Positions 25,552 to 38,300 of a stretch of 64,000 bases of DNA are shown piece after piece. The DNA is from Lytechinus pictus. Its lineage: Eukaryota. Below the pieces are notes generated by a model. It was not told the origin of the DNA. It saw only the letters and a list, made by a program, of their open reading frames with translations, and searched no databases. Location: NCBI RefSeq assembly GCF_037042905.1, contig NC_087245.1, forward strand, positions 41,604,001 through 41,668,000, given 5' to 3'. Made by a program: the position numbers and the translations under genes. The stretch's first letter is position 1. The number at the start of each line of letters is the position of its first letter.

Positions 25552-26257
25552 GTATGATTTTAATACTAGAAATCATCGGCGGATCCAAGGAGGGGGGGGG
25601 GCGAATCCGGTCCATGCCCCCCTTGAGAGGCACAATTGCAATTTGTAGTGTACTAATAGTACCGTTATTATAGAAGTGTGCCCCCCCCCTTTCGAAAGTG
25701 AAGACCTTTTTTTTGCTTGTCAAATTTTTCATCGGGAAAATGTGCCCCCCCCCCCTTTCGGAAAATCTTGAATCCGCCCCTGTTGGAAATATAGCGTTTA
25801 CTTATTAATTTTGTTTATTTTTGCATTTATTTATTTATTTGTTTATTCATTTATTTATTATTTTTTATTTATACAGCTATTGAATAATAACTCTATCTGT
25901 CCATCAATTAATATTTCATTAAATGTTCCATATACCGAGAGTTAATTGTTTCTTCAATACATAAAATAAATGCATCACATGAGAGCCCTGCACAATTATC
26001 AAACTACTATCAAAATAAACTCCAGAACTGATAAAACATTACAATAAATAATGACACAAATACGTATAAAAAGCGATTACAAAAAATATCACAATTTTAT
26101 TAAACATCAAAATAAATGGTTCATCAAGAAAAGTAGTACAACATAGTAAAAATAGAAAATGCTGATAAAACGAGTTCAAAGATATTAAAAGAGAAGCGTG
26201 ATCACGTAAAAGAAATTTATTATTCTTACTTTATGTTTATTAGAAAGTCAAAAAGGG

Positions 26258-26296
26258 GCCTAAGCTTTCGATCCTAGCAGAATCTTCGTCGGAGGC
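26258..26296 (-). ncRNA. PLE-associated minimal hammerhead motif (CCGACGA variant)
   Basis: Minus strand GCCT-CCGACGA-A-GATTCT(gct)AGGATC-GAAA-GCT-T-AGGC; perfect 4-bp stem I; one core base deviates from CUGANGA. Confidence 0.55.
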
Positions 26297-27280
26297 AAAA
26301 TGACAAACAACCATAATATAGACCACAAACAAGCTACAGCAACACTAGAAACAAGGAGACAAAAGGGGCATTAGTGAGTAGAGAAGACCAATCAGGTTAG
26401 TGAAGGGGATGAAAGAAAAGGAGTAGGCAGACACAAAGGGAAGTTAGTGTAAGTAAGGCCAAGAGGGATTAAGATAATGAGGCAGGCAACATCAAACAGG
26501 ATCTGGAACAAACAGTGATAGAGGGATGAATAACTAGAGAATTAGTGAGAGGTGGGTCAAACAGGTTACAAAGAAAGGCATAATAAACTGGTGCATAAGA
26601 GTGGGGGAAAAAAGGAAAAGAATGGGGAACAACTGATAATGTGCAAAAGACATATAAGTATATATGATAAAGCATTAAACAAACTAAGAGAAGGTAAGTG
26701 TAAATATGTATCTATAAGTGATATGTATGTAAATATATCCAAAAAAGAAATGTATATGAAAAAATATAAATACACATATGGTGTAACTGATATTGTAATC
26801 CGCTAGGTGTGACGGGAAAAAAACATAGGACTATACAGTAGGAAAAAAAAAAAAAAAAACTGTATATGTGAAAAAGAGGAAGCAAATTGCCTAAAAAGGT
26901 AAAAGCAAATATAGAAGAGAGGGGGTGTATTATGAAGAAACCATAGTATACATGTAAATAAGCAAATGTGGTAAATCTAAAAGAGGTGAGTGGAGAGAAA
27001 AAAAATATATATAATAATTATTATATCGCCTGAATAAGGAAGGAAAAATTGGAGCTGAGCTTGTATGAGATATGGGAGGAAAGTAGAGGAAGAAACTATA
27101 ATGTAACTATTCAAAAGAGCTGAGGGGAAAAGTGATATGTATATATAACTTAAAAGTGGATAGGAAAGAATAATCAGTCGTTCCCCTCTTGGATGTTCAG
27201 GCCATGAGGTTGGGTGGTGCGAAGTCGTCTCATCCAGAGCTTCTCTCTGCTAGTACGGACTGAGTCAGGACGGGTACCTA

Positions 27281-27476
27281 CACTCTTAAAAATGTTGGGC
27301 AACATACGGTCCACACAACAATTGGTTAAAACTTTATCCAATTCTGGGTAGTTTTACACCAATAATGTGTGCTTTGGGTGAAAACTACACAGTATTGGTG
27401 TAAAACTACCCAGAATTGGATAAAGTTTTAACCAATTGTTGTGTGGACCGTATGTTGCCCAACATTTTTAAGAGTG
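27281..27476. mobile_element. 196-bp near-perfect palindromic MITE, TA TSD
   Basis: TA|CACTCTTAAAAATGTTGGGC...GCCCAACATTTTTAAGAGTG|TA; its removal restores the PLE reading frame. Confidence 0.9.
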
Positions 27477-28377
27477 TAAAGATTCGATGCCCTGTAGCAT
27501 CATGTCAGTGATGGAGTGGTTGGGGTAGTTAAAATGGCGACCAATCGGAGTGTATTAAACTTCCTTTCTGTGGCTAAAAGTCAAGACACAATTTTCAGCC
27601 CAAATCAGCATCCCCCTTGATTTACTCCTTGACTCTTTTCTCTCAACTTACTCGTTTCACCAAGCAAAAAATAATGATAATGATAATTTTTATAGAAACA
27701 AACAAAATGATATAACGCAAATTCTACTGAATACAACTTTCCAATATTTCAAAAGAAATGTCTGCAAATATCACCTAAAGGAATTCAAGTGCATTAACAT
27801 AACCGTAGATGTGCCCGGATATATACTATTCCGTTTTGAGGAGCTAAAACAATATCAACTGGCTTGACAATTGTAAGTCCATAATCTGTTGGAAGTACAT
27901 TTAGCAGATATTTTCGCCTTAGAAATTTAGTCTTATTCTTATTTTTCGCATGATTGTTTGAGATGAACATTTGATGACCGGGGAGCGTTTAACGAGAGAA
28001 CTTGACGGATATTTCATCCGACAAAGTATGTTTTATCCGACAGTCACCATAGTAACTGTCAACCACCTGTGTTTCTCACCCAATCAAAATCAGGAGAAGT
28101 TGTCAGATCTGACGATTCTGTCAGACGACAAATAAAATGTTCATGAAGGGACTGTCCCAAACCACAATCAGCTACTTCAGGATTTTCAACCTCAATTTCT
28201 CTATTGTATTCCATGTAAGATTCCAAGTGATCGTTCTTTTACCAGTTGTCCGGTACGATTCTTAGTATTTTTTATTACAATATACCGGATCAAATACTCT
28301 TTGTATTCCACCACCACCGCAGATATGAAATATTTGATATTAGTATAACGAAAGCTTTTAATGATTTAACTCTGAAG

Positions 28378-28541
28378 GAGGTGGAGGAGGAGAGCTTGAT
28401 ATGAGGATCGTCGAGATCACCGAAGTGAATCTGAGGGACCTTTCCAACAAACTGGGCTCAGAATGGAGGACGGTTGGAACTTTTCTAGGCTTCGATAACT
28501 CAGAAATCCAAATCATACTCGAACAGCATACCAATATCAAG
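28378..28541 (+). CDS. LRR-like/ZU5/UPA/DD protein, exon 9 (death domain N-half)
   Basis: LRDLSNKLGSEWRTVGTFLGFDNSEIQIILEQH matches the death-domain pattern L...LG..W..L...LG.....I..I; phase 1 to 0; GTAGGC donor. Confidence 0.88.
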
Positions 28542-28561
28542 GTAGGCCTACGTACCTTATA

Positions 28562-29353
28562 CAGTGCGTCCCAGAAAAAACGAAACCGAGATTAAGCGAT
28601 GATTTATCATAACTTAATCACAAATACAATAGACAAATGACCTACCAATGTAAAGCTTAGAATCTCCTCTTTCATCTGATATTACTTAGATTATTCTTCA
28701 TTCACGCATTAGTGAGCAAAAACAATTTGAAGAAAGGATACCAAAACTCATTTGGCGGGGGTATCTGAATTTCAAAAAGAAAATCACATGACTAAAAAGC
28801 TCAATATCTGCTCTTTTATTTGATACCTTAATCACAAAAAATGGTCAAGAAGCAAACAAGTTATGTTCCCTCGAAACAATGCTTGTAAAGTTGTATTTCC
28901 ATAATTTCATTAAATAAGCGTGTTTTCACCGGTCCCCCACATAAGCTATCGCATGGTGAACAAAAGACTTCATGCATGGCTGATCGTCAACAAAACGGAG
29001 TGTCAAGTGAGTTTGAACGCTAGCCTGTAGAACCTCTTCATTTTATGAAATTATTGAAATTCAAGCCTTATTTCAAATAACCAGAACTTTGTTATTTCTT
29101 GACCATTTTCTGTAATTGAGGTATCAAATTAAAGAACAGATATTGAACTTTTTAAAAATGTGGTTTTCTTTTTGAAACCCAGATACAGCCCGCCAAATGA
29201 CGTTTTGGTATCCCCTCTTCAAATTGTTTTTGCTCACTCATGCGTGAATGAGAAATAAGCTTTACAATGGTAGGTCATTTGTCTATTGTATTTGTGATTA
29301 AGTTATGATAAATCATCGGTAAATCTCGGTTTCGTTTTTTGTGGGACGCACTG
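28562..29353. mobile_element. Tc1/mariner-type MITE with long inverted arms
   Basis: TA|CAGTGCGTCCCA...TGGGACGCACTG|TA; inserted 20 bp after a death-domain exon donor. Confidence 0.88.
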
Positions 29354-29770
29354 TATAGTCTTTTCATTACCCTCTGAGCAAGTACTATCGTGGAATTCCC
29401 GTATTTTTCATGTCTTTGCAATCGGTCACCTTATTGAATATTTTGTCTCAATCAGAGCCACTTAGGCCTGCTTTCAGGCGACATCAGTTTGCAACGTGCT
29501 GTATGGATAAATTGCATGTAGACTGAAGATACTGAAAATATACCTCTAATTACTTTGTTATGACGAGAGGTCTGAAACTTTCATCACATAAACGGCAATA
29601 TAACAGCAATGAACTAATTATCAAGAGATTACAAGTATAAAATGGTAAGTATAATGGTAATTAAAAATAACAATTATTAAACAAAATCATTAATCATGCT
29701 CCACAAATTTACCATATATACCCCTTATTAAAGGCTTCCCTTTGTTTTGTTTTTGTCTCCTTTCAAGCAG

Positions 29771-29914
29771 GAATGTATTTTTCAGATGTTGCTTCGCTGG
29801 CGAAAAGTAAAAGGCGCCGAGGCTACAAAGGAAAGATTAAAAAAGGTGCTGAGGCGATCGGGACGCGAAGATTTGACATTTATTCTGGAAGACTCGGATG
29901 ATATGGAATTATGA
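29771..29914 (+). CDS. LRR-like/ZU5/UPA/DD protein, exon 10 (death domain C-half, stop)
   Basis: gcAG|ECIFQMLLRWRKVKGAEATKERLKKVLRRSGREDLTFILEDSDDMEL*; ML..W....G..AT...L...L...GR.DL death-domain signature. Confidence 0.9.
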   Translation, partial: ECIFQMLLRWRKVKGAEATKERLKKVLRRSGREDLTFILEDSDDMEL

Positions 29915-32014
29915 ATCTGATCGAAGTTATTAAACAATTCTTCCCGATGGCTTTAGGAGATCAAGAGCTATCTTCTCGTCACTAGCCATGTTCTGATGTT
30001 TGATGATTCGTCAAGGGTCCAGGATTATTGTTTGAATAAAACTATCAACGATCGATGTTTAGCGCTGATAACATTTTCTATGGTCCCGCCCTTTGTGATT
30101 CGGTAGGTGCATGAAACCACCAAAAGTCGTCAGATAAATGATTTTTTTTTTAGTTGAAGAACTAATTCTAAAATAATATATCCTCAGCTTTAACCTGATA
30201 TGTAACAAGTCATCACTGGAAGTTAAACAAACGAATGAGTATAATATGAATAATGATTATTCTTCTATTGTCATGCTGGAGAAAGTGTGGAGAAATGCAT
30301 ATGAAATGTAAACCCCTTATCTATAAGGACAAAACGTAATCAATCAGCAAAATGCTGGAAATGTTTGAATTGAACTTTGTTTACTTTTATTTTATTTTTA
30401 TTTTATTTTATGCCCCAGCTCAGTTCTAGCTGTCACACCCAACCTGAAGCTTCGTTTGCCTATTGTTAAAATAGCAATTTCGAATCGTGAACAGAGTTGT
30501 TCAAATAAGTTGCAATATCAGTTTTGATTTTCTTGGATCGAAAAGTGCAAAGAAATTATTAAAAAATATTGTTCAGCTTGGTCAAAACTTATTCTTTGAC
30601 ACAGTTTGAAAATCTGCATTTTTGCGCAAACCAATCTTTGAGCTTTACAAGTGGGCAGTGCAATATGCTCATTCAAGCACATTCGGGCAGTAATCATACT
30701 GGCATCTCATAGAAGAGACTGAAGCCCAAGAATTTATGTGAAAAATATCTACATATTATTATTGTAAATTTAAAACTTGCCAGGACCTTTTCAAGATGTG
30801 AACTTTTTATTGATACGCAGTGTATGTATTGTTTGTAACACCAAATACCTGATACTGAACTCAATGAAACGGTGTACTAAACTTACTACCAGCTACATCA
30901 TCAAAGTACAGCAATGCAGCTTGAAAGAAATATATGAATTTATGTGATATCATAAAATGAATGCTTTATTTCAACATTTTGAGTGCTTTCATACGTTTTT
31001 GTTCAATTTACTTTTCGGATGATTAGATGTATATTTTGGCATGTGTACAATCATGAAGATATATATACAGGGTAAGTCAGTATGGTTTTTGTAGTGCAAA
31101 TGAGTGTCGAGTGTTCACTTCTTTAACTATTGTCGTAACTTTTATCTTACATAACAATAATTATTTTAGTAAACTGATTTATTCGTCTAAGTAAAGCTAT
31201 TAGCAATTTCGGTTGTAATTTTTGATTTGCCAACATGCATTACATTAATATTTATTATAACATGCAAAACCAAATGTGTGCAAGAAGGTATGTTGTATTT
31301 GGTGCAAAGCACCCCCCTCCCTCCCCGAAAAAAAAATTAATACAAAAATGCTTCTTCAGAATGTACCGTGTCACAGTTCCTTCATCATAGAATACTTCAA
31401 CTTATCTAATAATCATACCAGTGGAAGATTTTTTGTTATCATCATGTTTGCGAAGACAAAAATAAATGTCTTGTATCTTATTATTTTATTTAAAATGTGT
31501 AATACTCATGTCTTTCAAATTACACACGACAGTGCTGCCATTTTCTATCTGTTCCAGTAGACTATAGTGTGGGCCTTGTGTTAGTTATTGAAATAGCTAG
31601 GTAATGGAATGAATATTGTTAAGTAAAGCACATGCACGCTTTTCATTAAATATAAGAATTACCTTTTCAGATTTCCAATTGTTCTATCAATCACATTTAT
31701 CATTTTGGAATGGTTTGGACAACATGAATAAAAGTAAATAGCTGTAAATGTCTTTAAATTCGTTTTGATGACATTTAAATCTATGTATTTTTATTTATTT
31801 CAATGTTTGTAATGATGTTTGTAAACATTACTAGGCGACCGGTGATAGGAGAATTAACCTTAGGAACTATAGTGTCCTTTTCGCTATCCAAGATCGGTCT
31901 TTCAATTTTCTTGTATTTGTAATTTTTTGTATTTTGCCAGAAATAAAATAAATAAATGAAAATAAGCATCATGCTAGCGGCCATTTACTTTTTATTATGT
32001 TTGAATAGAAACCC

Positions 32015-33265
32015 AGGGGCGGATCCGGCTTTCGCCAATAAGGGGGGGGGGGCGCAAAAAAAATTCACCCATATTTTCTTCGATCGGCCGCTCAAAGGTT
32101 GATTTCCGTTTGTTTCTTTGAAGGGGTCGTCCTAACAGTCACTTATTAGTTTAATTCTTATCAAACAACATAAATAATCTCGAAAACCCTATTTGAACAG
32201 TACGATCGCGAAGTGCAAGCTAAAAAAATTATGGGACTTTGATGTCTTTTGTCCTGAAAATTGAATATTCTGAGCAATGTTTGTGATCCTGAACAAGATG
32301 CATAATTATGTACCTGATAATTACTGCGAGCGCGAAGCGCTAGCAGAAATTGTTCATATAGGCCTATGTTCTGGCCTGATCGAAAAGGTATCTGCTAAGG
32401 ACTGTTTGTAGTATAGCCATGAAGACGATATAAGAATTTAATAATGCGAAGCGTGAGCTAAAATTGGTTGACATACCGACCGAAAATTGTTGATATTGTG
32501 ATCTGAAACTGGATAATGCATTATTGTACAACAATCAGCGTATCTGAATAAACATAATAAACATAAGCACGCGTGTTTCAGATTTCGACCTAGAATCTGG
32601 GCATTCTAAATACAATTTTTTAGCATGAAAAACGCGAATCGCGAGCTTAAAATATTTGATATTCCGATCTCAAAAAGGGACAATTTAAGCTCTGTATTTT
32701 AAGCACTTTGTAGAAAAATTTGATATGGATCACAGTTTAAAAAGAGCTGATATGTTTCATTATTATTACTTTGAGTTTTGACATAGGACCGGGACATTCT
32801 AAGAACATTATGTCATCATAATGAAAATGATGAATATCTTCCCATTTCTCTTCCTAAGCGCGAGATGAAACTTGTCGATATTCAATTCTGAAAAAGGGAC
32901 ACTTTGATCATTAAATAAATATATTATATATTAATCTAATAAGTCTATATAATGAGAGTGAGAAATCTGTTAATATTATGGCCTGAAAACTGGACATTTA
33001 AAGCACTTTTGTAATTATGAATAAGATGCATGAGTTAATATATTTCAACAATCAATGCGAGCGCAAATCGCGAGCCGATTTATTTTATGAACTGTCATGA
33101 AATGGTTATAACTTACCAATCAAAATGCGAGCGTGCAGCGCTAGCTGATACGTTTTGACAATCTGACCTGAAAATTGATATTTTGAGAACTTTATGGAAT
33201 ACAGGAAAATAATAGGTACCTGACAAATCAAATTTTGCGAGCGCATAGCGCGAGCAGAAAATGTT
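32015..33265. mobile_element. Truncated hAT-like MITE (GCGAGCGCGAAGCGC repeat family)
   Basis: Starts CAGGGGCGGATCC with periodic GCGAGCGC..AGCGCGAGC units as at 7948 and 11406; no right TIR found. Confidence 0.6.
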
Positions 33266-33677
33266 AATAGCTAGTCTGCTCCTCAAATCTCTCTTTTGTC
33301 TACAATAAAATTCATGACTACCGCTCCAACTTGATGCTAAATCTCTAACTTACCGGACCGTGGATTTGTGGGGGATTTGTGTCTGGGAATCTCCAAAATA
33401 GTGGAGGGATCACGTACCTAAGAGAGAGATTCCTTGCCTAAAAAGAACGCTGAACCCTGGAAGAGAGCTATACTACGCTTTAACTTTTAATTATGTTTAT
33501 GATTATATGTTTTCGAGTGATAAACCAAGTTTTTCAATCGAACCTGGGACTTTCCCCAGCAGCGAGTTTCAGTTAATCTTCATCACAAGAGGGCAGCAAA
33601 CAATTTAGCACAATCAGTGAAAGAACTCGCCTGAAACTCTTGTAAAATCTATCGTTCCTGTCTTTATAACTAACATC

Positions 33678-33803
33678 ATGGGTGTTGAAGCATGGTATAT
33701 GGATGATAATACTGATGTTGATCAGCGTGAAGAACACCATCGCAGTCCACCAGAACACGTGAGCGAGGAAGAAATCGCCAAACATGGCATTCTGTTCTGG
33801 ACG
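33678..33803 (+). CDS. ADI1: Acireductone dioxygenase (methionine salvage), exon 1
   Basis: MGVEAWYMDDNTDVDQREEHHRSPPEHVSEEEIAKHGILFWT|GTGAGG; AWYMD...DQR..H N-terminus of ARD proteins. Confidence 0.95.
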
Positions 33804-33964
33804 GTGAGGTTCAAAAAAATTTTAATTCACAAACTCCCCCACGCTCCGTCTGCCCGTCCGTGGCATGGCACGGGGTCGGGCCGGCTGCTCGGTGGTCGCA
33901 GCCGCGATGAGTATGCTAGGCTACGACGAGTACGAGATTTCGCATCGCATGAGACTCTTGACTT

Positions 33965-33988
33965 TAACCCAGGGAGCTCCCTGGGTTA
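33965..33988. mobile_element. 24-bp palindromic remnant of a Mutator-like element with 9-bp TSD
   Basis: TCTTGACTT|TAACCCAGGGAGCTCCCTGGGTTA|TCTTGACTT; terminus nearly identical to that of 4128-5135. Confidence 0.8.
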
Positions 33989-34034
33989 TCTTGACTTGAG
34001 AGAGGTGGAAGAAAGACCTATCGAAACGTAGAAA

Positions 34035-34480
34035 ATCTAGGAGAGGGTCTCGCTAGCCTGGAGGCGTCTGACTCTGGGGAGTAAAAGTCATCTACTCTAC
34101 GTAGGCTTACTCCCCACTGACGTCTGGGACGCCAAGGTTAAACTTAAAGGTATATTCATGCACGTACGACCACAAAACCTGAAACTTTCGCCCCTGAGAT
34201 TTCTACTTTCCCTCTAAAAGATCTAGCCCTAAAACATGTACATGGGGTTCAACTTCATTTCCAACATTTCTGCGATATTGATTTCGTTTTTAAAGAAGAA
34301 TTCATTAAAAAAACGAGAAAAATGTTATGAAAAGATGGGCAGAGCTTACAGCCGTGTTTACGTCGCCATCTTGATTTCTCTGTCTTCCGCTTGGCGACAG
34401 CACGCAAATCGACGGCCGTGTTTACGTCGCCATCTTGATTTCTCTGTCTTCCGCTTGGCGACAGCACGCAAATTTGCGTG
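34035..34480 (+). repeat. Interspersed repeat shared with 54550-54865
   Basis: Near-identical sequence (CTGGAGGCGTCTG...GGGGAGTAAAAGTCATCTACTCTA...GCCGTGTTTACGTCGCCATCTTGAT) at both sites; this copy ends in a ~64-bp tandem duplication. Confidence 0.8.
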
Positions 34481-35384
34481 CTGTCATCAAAATCGGATGT
34501 AAAATCAGAAAGTTATGACATTTTAAAGTTTCGCTTAATTTCACAAAACAGTTATATGCACATCCTGGTCGGTATGCAAATGAGGAGACTGATGACATCA
34601 TCCACTCACTATTTCTTTTGTATTTTATTATATGAAATATAATTTTCTCATTGTCAAGTGAAACAACAATAATTCCTCCCTGAACATATGGAATAAGCAT
34701 TGTTTAATACTATATGGTTAAGTCAAGTGGGTCCATATGTTAAATTTCTAAAAAATGAAATATTGTATAATTCAAACAATAAAAAACAAAAGAAATAGTG
34801 ATGGACATCATCGACTCTGTCATTTGCATGTCACTGAGTTGTGCATATCACTGTTTTTTGAAAAATGAGCGAAGTTTTAAAACATAACTTTCTTATTTTA
34901 CATCCGATTTTGATGACATTTTCAGCGTTATGCTAGTTTGATTTTTCTCTTTTTATTCAAATCAACATTTTGCTGTGGTGGACTTGACCTTTAAGGCTTT
35001 TTAGGCTAAAAAACGGGCCTATCCCTAAAACTAGGCTGGAGTGAGTGGAGTCTATTTTATCTGACTCACTGACACTATAGCTGTATCTCTGTATGATGGG
35101 AGGACTTGATTAAAGCTATGCACTTTGTTTTCAAAGTCAAACGATAGAAACTATGTCAAATTTAATATTTGAACAAATTATCTTTCACTTATTTGTAATA
35201 AATACCGGTATTCTAAATATCCTTAAGTTTAGAAGAAAATATCACATACATGTAACTCACTAATACAAAAATCCTGCTGTGTTTTCTGAACACAAGCTAT
35301 GTCCTACGCACTCGATTTATCATGCAAAGATATAGTATTTCCTGACCTGTGCCTCAATTTCTAAAATATATCCATATTATTTAC

Positions 35385-38300
35385 TACACCTGATGCTGTG
35401 AATAATACCCAAACAAAACCTTGGATTAGTGACCATGACATCACCCTGTTTGACATCAATATGCGACCCAAACTCCAAAGAAAACCAGTGCGGAGAATTT
35501 ACCAGTATGACAAAGCTGACAAACAAGACATTAAGGAGTGCTGCTCTCAGATGTCATATGACTACTTTGAAAGATCTACTGTAGACATCTCTGTAGAAGA
35601 TAATTTGATGTTCTTCAAGACTTCTCTTTTGTCAATCATGTCTCACATTCCCCACAGGAACTCGAGGCCCAAGACAAGCCACCCGTACATTACCCCGAAG
35701 ATCATACAGGAGATGAACAAGAGGGACAGGCTATACATTCAGATTGGGAAACATATAAAACAAAGAGAAATTCTGTTCAAAGAGCAAAAGAATCAGCTCA
35801 CAGTAAATACCTTCAAAATGTTGTCGGAGGAAGTCTTATGACTGACGCAAAGAAGTTCTGGAGGTACGTCAAAGCTCAGCGGAGAGAGTCGGTAGGAATT
35901 CCAACTTTGAAAGTAGGAAATGTTTCCTATGTATCCAATGAAGAGAAAGCTAATGCTCTAAATGCTCAGTTCTCTTCAGTTTTTACACATGATAAATAAT
36001 ACTTCATCGGTTCTACCAGACAAGGGTCCCTCACCGTACACACCAATTGAAGATCTCTTCATCAGCTTACGAGGAGTGAATAAACAACTGAAAGAACTTA
36101 ACACCAACAAAGCCAGTGGTCCAGATGATATACCTGCTAGAATGTTAAGAGACTATGCAGATGAGATTAGCCCAGTCCTTACTCATCTCTTCCAACAATC
36201 CTATGATGAGGGAATTCTTCCAAGTGATTGGCTAAGAGCTCAAGTGGCCAGCATTTACAAGTCTGGCGACAAGAGTAACCCAGCCAATTATAGACCGGTG
36301 TCACTCACATGCATCGGGAAATAATAAGATGGCAAATATAGCGATCTTCAACGCTTATATATAAGCGTCGAAATTTGTAGCCATCTCCTTGTATTAGTCT
36401 ATAATATACGACGTGTCAAATTGTAGCGAACTAGTTCGCCATTTCCAGATCTCCTCTATATATATATATATACGAGGGGGAATTGTAGCGAACTAGTTCG
36501 CTATTTTCCAGATCTCCTCTATATACAAACGACGGGAAATTGTAGCGAACTAGTTCGCTATTTTTCGGATCTCCTCGATATATACACGAGGGGAATTGTA
36601 GCGAACTAGTTCGCTATTTTCCAGATCTCCTCTATATACAAACGACGGGAAATTGTAGCGAACTAGTTCGCTATTTTTCGGATCTCCTCGATATATACAC
36701 AAGGGGAATTGTAGCGAACTAGTTCGCTATTTTCCAGATCTCCTCTATATACATACTACGGGATTTGTAGCGAACTAGTTCGCTATTTTTCGGATCTCCT
36801 CGATATGTACACGAGGGGGAATTGTAGCGAACTAGTTCGCTATTTTTTTATTTTTCCAGATCTCCTCTATATACATACGACGGGATTTGTAGCGAACTAT
36901 ATACGAGGGGGCATTGTAGCGAACTAGTTCGCTATTTTTTTTGATCTCCTCTATATATACACCAGGGGGGAATTGTAGCAAACTAGTTCGCTATTTTTCG
37001 GATCTCCTCTACATGTATACGACAGGAAATTGTTGCAAACTAGTTCGCCATTTCTCATCTCCTCTCTAAAATATAAACATGGCAAACTGTAGCGAACTAG
37101 TTGGCAATTTTTCTGATCTCTTCATATACACGAGGGGGAAATTGTAGCGAACTAGTTGTCATTTTTTCCAAAGCTTACATTATTGTGAAGGCTTCAAAGT
37201 GAAAATCTGCAGGTTTTGGCTGTATATATTGATGCCATATTGTCAAATTGTAGCAGACTAGTTCGCTATTTTCCAGATCTCCTCTATATATATATACGAG
37301 GGGGAATTGTAGCGAACCAGTTCGCTATTTTCCAGATCTCCTCTATATCCATACGACGGGATTTGTAGCTAACTAGTTCGCTACTTTTCGGATCTCCTCT
37401 ATAAAATTATATACACGAGGGGGAATTGTAGCGAACTAGTTCGCTACAATTCCGTCTCTTGTATATATAAAGATTAGAAAAATAGCGAACTAGTTCACTA
37501 ATTCCTCCTCGTGTATAAAATTTTATAGAGGAGATCCGAAAAATAGCAAACTAGTTCGCTACAATTTTCCGTCGTATATATAAAGAGGAGATCCAAAAAA
37601 TAGCGAACTAGTTCGCTACAAAAGAAGAGATCCGAAAAATAGCGAACTAGTTCGCTATAATTTCCCGTCGTATATATATAAAGAGGAGATCTGGAAAATA
37701 GCGAACTAGTTCGCTATGATTTCCCGTCGTATATATAGGGAGAGGAAATCCGAAAAATAGCGAACAAATCCCGTAGTATGTATCTAGAGGAGATCTGGAA
37801 AATAGCGAACTAGTTCGCTACAATTCCCCCTCGTGTATATATCGAGGAGATCCGAAAAATAGCGAACTAGTTCGCTACAATTTTCTGTCGTATATAGAGG
37901 AGATCCGAAAAATAGCGAACTAGTTCGCTACAAAAGAAGAGATCCGAAAAATAGCGAACTAGTTCGCTACAATTTCCCGTCGTATATATATATAGAGGAG
38001 ATCTGGAAAATAGCGAACTAGTTCGCTACAATTTCCCGTCGTATATATATATAGAGGAAATCCGAAAAATAGCGAACTAGTTCGCTACAAATCCCGTAGT
38101 ATGTATCTAGAGGAGATCTGGAAAATAGCGAACTAGTTCGCTACAATTCCCCCTCGTGTATATATATCGAGGAGATCCGAAAAATAGCGAACTAGTTCGC
38201 TACAATTTCCTGTCGTTTGTATATAGAGGAGATCTAGAAAATAGCGAACTAGTTCGCTACAATTCCCCCTCGTATATATATATATAGAGGAGATCTGGAA

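Larger units (their letters stand above)
26240..27556 (-). mobile_element. Penelope-like element 3' fragment (GIY-YIG C-terminus, long pyrimidine-rich UTR, hammerhead motif)
   Basis: After removing the MITE at 27281-27476 the minus strand reads TPIGRHFNYPNHSITDMMLQGIESLGTRPDSVRTSREKLWMRRLRTTQPHGLNIQEGND*, the typical PLE HF...H / RE..W...L.T..P.GLN tail. Confidence 0.8.
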
